From Hypanus sabinus (taxonomy: Eukaryota): a stretch of DNA of 64,000 nucleotides. Location of the stretch: the NCBI RefSeq assembly GCF_030144855.1, contig NC_082712.1, positions 13,454,001 to 13,518,000 of the forward strand. Direction: 5' to 3'. Both the position numbers and the translations under genes were made by a program. Under the pieces are notes generated by a model. The model searched no databases. It was not told where the DNA came from and worked only from the letters and a program-made list of their open reading frames with translations. Of this stretch, positions 63,601-64,000 are shown one piece after another. The stretch's first letter is position 1; each line of letters begins with the position of its first letter.

Positions 63601-63778
63601 GAGAATAGTTAAGGGAGGGGGAGAAAGAGTGAAGAATGGAGGACAGGGGAAGGGGGAAATTGAGGGAGGAGGAATGAGGAGGAGGTGTGGGAGAGGGAGA
63701 AAAAGGAAGGGGAGGGGGAAGAAGAGGAGGGAAGCAAACTTTGTTTGCTCTTGTTGCACAGGTGAGGACACTAGCTAG
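21607..63778 (+). CDS. Siglec-15-like Ig-superfamily type I receptor, join(21607..21667,33788..34171,43418..43807,53769..53864,54837..54876,56441..56493,61402..61446,61830..61907,63025..63102,63762..63778), 413 aa
   Basis: All ten exons have AG/GT boundaries and compatible phases, 1242 nt total with no internal stop; architecture SP-V-V-TM-tail with Tyr motifs. Ig and TM exons are secure; the small cytoplasmic exons are less so. Confidence 0.75.
22085..23165 (-). mobile_element. Rex1/Babar LINE 3' portion
   Basis: [38 protein letters not shown]; (TTCTGA)n-like tail near 22090. Confidence 0.85.
23310..23460 (+). mobile_element. V-SINE/HE1-like SINE fragment
   Basis: V-domain-like GGGTTTCCTCCAGGTGCTCTGGTTTTCTCCCACA; related copies near 6610, 46950 and 56090 on the - strand. 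Confidence 0.65.
25500..29540 (+). mobile_element. Long CR1 LINE remnant (ORF1 esterase to 3' end), interrupted by an LTR
   Basis: [46 protein letters not shown]. Confidence 0.9.
26712..27525 (+). mobile_element. Solo LTR, 814 bp, inserted in CR1
   Basis: TGTGATG...CGTAACA termini, AATAAA near the 3' end, CR1 sequence continuous across it, imperfect TSD GGCAG/AACAG. Confidence 0.7.
30110..30680 (+). mobile_element. CR1 3' fragment
   Basis: [21 protein letters not shown]. Confidence 0.85.
31255..32360 (+). mobile_element. Two Rex1/Babar fragments (31255-31820 3' end; 32030-32360 RT start)
   Basis: [17 protein letters not shown], (TTCTGA)n tail; [20 protein letters not shown]. Confidence 0.75.
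32400..32970 (-). mobile_element. Penelope-like element RT fragment
   Basis: [41 protein letters not shown]. Confidence 0.88.
33540..33780. repeat. CT-rich low-complexity tract directly upstream of the exon 2 acceptor
   Basis: Degenerate (CT)n/(CACT)n. Confidence 0.85.
33788..34171 (+). CDS. Exon 2: V-set Ig domain 1, Siglec-15-like
   Basis: [26 protein letters not shown]...[31 protein letters not shown]; acceptor TCCCCAG|, donor G|GTGAGG, phase 1-1. Confidence 0.93.
34465..34749. other. Assembly gap, 285 N
   Basis: Run of N. Confidence 1.
35097..38442 (-). mobile_element. Young 5'-truncated L1-clade LINE (ORF2 RT and C-terminal Cys-rich domain), 3346 bp
   Basis: 523-aa RT ORF ([20 protein letters not shown]) plus 268-aa ORF with [12 protein letters not shown]; A-rich tail; 14-bp TSD AGAGAGATTACCTC at 35083-35096 and 38443-38456. 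Confidence 0.95.
38457..42118. mobile_element. Cluster of CR1 fragments (- 38457-38960; + 39150-39850; + 39860-42118)
   Basis: [53 protein letters not shown]. Confidence 0.88.
42194..42611. repeat. Tandem repeat, 81-bp unit, about 5.2 copies
   Basis: Exact 81-nt periodicity (CCAG|CTCAGG at 42229, 42310, 42391, 42472, 42553). Confidence 0.95.
42780..43140. repeat. Degenerate short-period repeat (GTGTTGTTACACTGTACTGATTG-like)
   Basis: Repeated imperfect units. Confidence 0.6.
43418..43807 (+). CDS. Exon 3: V-set Ig domain 2
   Basis: [32 protein letters not shown]; acceptor CCCTCAG|, donor G|GTAAGA, phase 1-1. Confidence 0.92.
44800..45135 (+). mobile_element. RTE/BovB-like 5' UTR-type fragment
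   Basis: AGAAGGTGATGGAAACCCC...TTGCCAAGAACAATCATG resembles the BovB 5' UTR motif as recalled; no ORF follows. Confidence 0.35.
45770..45925. mobile_element. Penelope-derived inverted repeat pair with a hammerhead core
   Basis: + strand GAGTC-CTGATGA(45833-45839)-AGGGGTCAGCCT-GAAAC-GTC; degenerate - copy upstream. Confidence 0.7.
46950..47115 (-). mobile_element. V-SINE/HE1-like SINE with tRNA-like head
   Basis: Reverse complement has GTTAGCATGA..GAGTTCAATTCC A/B-box-like motifs, then the V domain GGGTTTCCTCCGGGTGCTCCGGTTTCCTCCCACAG. Confidence 0.75.
47450..48896 (+). mobile_element. CR1 5' UTR, ORF1 and endonuclease fragment
   Basis: [28 protein letters not shown] esterase-like motif. Confidence 0.82.
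48905..51591 (+). mobile_element. Full-length hAT DNA transposon (Charlie/Buster type), 2687 bp
   Basis: 15-bp perfect TIRs CAGGGGTCGGCAACC / GGTTGCCGACCCCTG; 8-bp TSD GTCTAGAG at 48897-48904 and 51592-51599. Confidence 0.97.
49189..51122 (+). pseudogene. hAT transposase (GTF2IRD2/EPM2AIP1-like family), disrupted
   Basis: Zn-finger-like [31 protein letters not shown]; two frameshifts (~49470, ~50620), stops at 49707 and 51036; first catalytic Asp position reads N (CNES). Confidence 0.92.
51600..53170 (+). mobile_element. CR1 ORF2 fragment
   Basis: [30 protein letters not shown]. Confidence 0.88.
53769..53864 (+). CDS. Exon 4: transmembrane exon [32 protein letters not shown]
   Basis: About 21 hydrophobic residues with no charge, then KKK stop-transfer; acceptor TCTCACAG|, donor G|GTGAGC, phase 1-1. 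Confidence 0.9.
53925..54725 (+). repeat. G-rich minisatellite, ~43-bp unit GGGGGAGAGTCAGTGGGCTGTGGGAGGGGATTCAGTGGGTGAT, about 18 copies
   Basis: Direct tandem repeats with small variants. Confidence 0.95.
54837..54876 (+). CDS. Exon 5 (40 nt, phase 1-2): [13 protein letters not shown]
   Basis: Acceptor CTTTTTATTTCTTCAG|, donor AAG|GTAAGG. Confidence 0.65.
54965..58490. mobile_element. CR1 fragments (+ 54965-55920; + 56680-58030; - 58040-58490) surrounding exon 6
   Basis: [33 protein letters not shown]. Confidence 0.85.
56441..56493 (+). CDS. Exon 6 (53 nt, phase 2-1): [18 protein letters not shown]
   Basis: Acceptor TTCTTTTCTCAACAG|, donor CAG|GTACTG; phase complements exon 5. Confidence 0.65.
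59130..60700 (+). mobile_element. Rex1/Babar LINE fragments
   Basis: [48 protein letters not shown]. Confidence 0.88.
61402..61446 (+). CDS. Exon 7 (45 nt, phase 1-1): [15 protein letters not shown], canonical ITIM
   Basis: Acceptor TGTTTTGTGACAG|, donor A|GTGAGA; SVYDSV fits (S/I/V/L)xYxx(L/V/I). Confidence 0.7.
61830..61907 (+). CDS. Exon 8 (78 nt, phase 1-1): [25 protein letters not shown]
   Basis: Branch-like CTAAT, acceptor CTCCTTACAG|, donor AAG|GTACAG (weak). Confidence 0.7.
61960..62970. mobile_element. CR1 3' fragments (+ then -) between the duplicated exons
   Basis: [14 protein letters not shown]-type 3' sequence; [15 protein letters not shown] on -. Confidence 0.8.
63025..63102 (+). 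CDS. Exon 9 (78 nt, phase 1-1): [25 protein letters not shown]
   Basis: Paralog of exon 8 (61/78 nt identical) with the same splice contexts. Confidence 0.7.
63340..63735. repeat. Purine-rich (GA) low-complexity tract
   Basis: Almost only G and A on the + strand. Confidence 0.85.
63762..63778 (+). CDS. Exon 10: GEDTS-stop
   Basis: Acceptor TCTTGTTGCACAG|, phase 1, TAG at 63776-63778. Confidence 0.5.
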
Positions 63779-64000
63779 GAAACAGTGGCGTACGAGACAG
63801 GAATCGGGAATGGTGAGCTGACTGCACAGGCCCTTTGAGCTTCCTGTTCCTCAGAGAGCCCTGGCCAGTCTCCGACTCAGATTCACGTATTTATCACACA
63901 TACATCGAAACATACAGTGAAATGTCATTTGCGTAAAGAACCAACACAACACAAGGATGTGCCGGGGGCAGCCCGCAAGTGTTACCACACGTTCTGGCAC

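Noticed and set aside
63189-63771. Arg/Gly-rich and Pro/Leu-rich ORFs on both strands
   Set aside because: Products of purine-rich low-complexity DNA.
21607-63778. Assigning the symbol SIGLEC15
   Set aside because: V1 is similar, but domain order, TM charge and tail differ; orthology cannot be shown without phylogeny and synteny.

Overview
Eukaryotic, repeat-dense vertebrate DNA, most likely from a cartilaginous fish (inferred from esterase-ORF1 CR1 LINEs, V-SINE/HE1-like SINEs and Penelope-derived hammerhead repeats). Most of the window is decayed transposons: many CR1 and Rex1/Babar LINE fragments, a Penelope RT fragment, solo LTRs, one young 5'-truncated L1 with a 14-bp TSD, and one full-length hAT (Charlie/Buster-type) element with TIRs and an 8-bp TSD, plus the end of a second copy at base 1-94. 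One host gene can be assembled by hand on the + strand from 10 phase-compatible exons (21607-63778, 1242 nt, 413 aa): signal peptide, Siglec-15-like V-set domain with the sialic-acid-binding Arg, a second V-set domain lacking it, an uncharged TM helix, and a cytoplasmic tail with one canonical ITIM (SVYDSV) and two ITIM-like motifs on tandemly duplicated 78-bp exons. At the left end a degraded endogenous retrovirus (gag-pro-RT, - strand, foamy-like RT) can be rebuilt after removing a Rex1 insertion. The gene model and family assignments come from reading motifs and splice signals by eye, not from database searches or transcripts. TE boundaries without a TSD are approximate.
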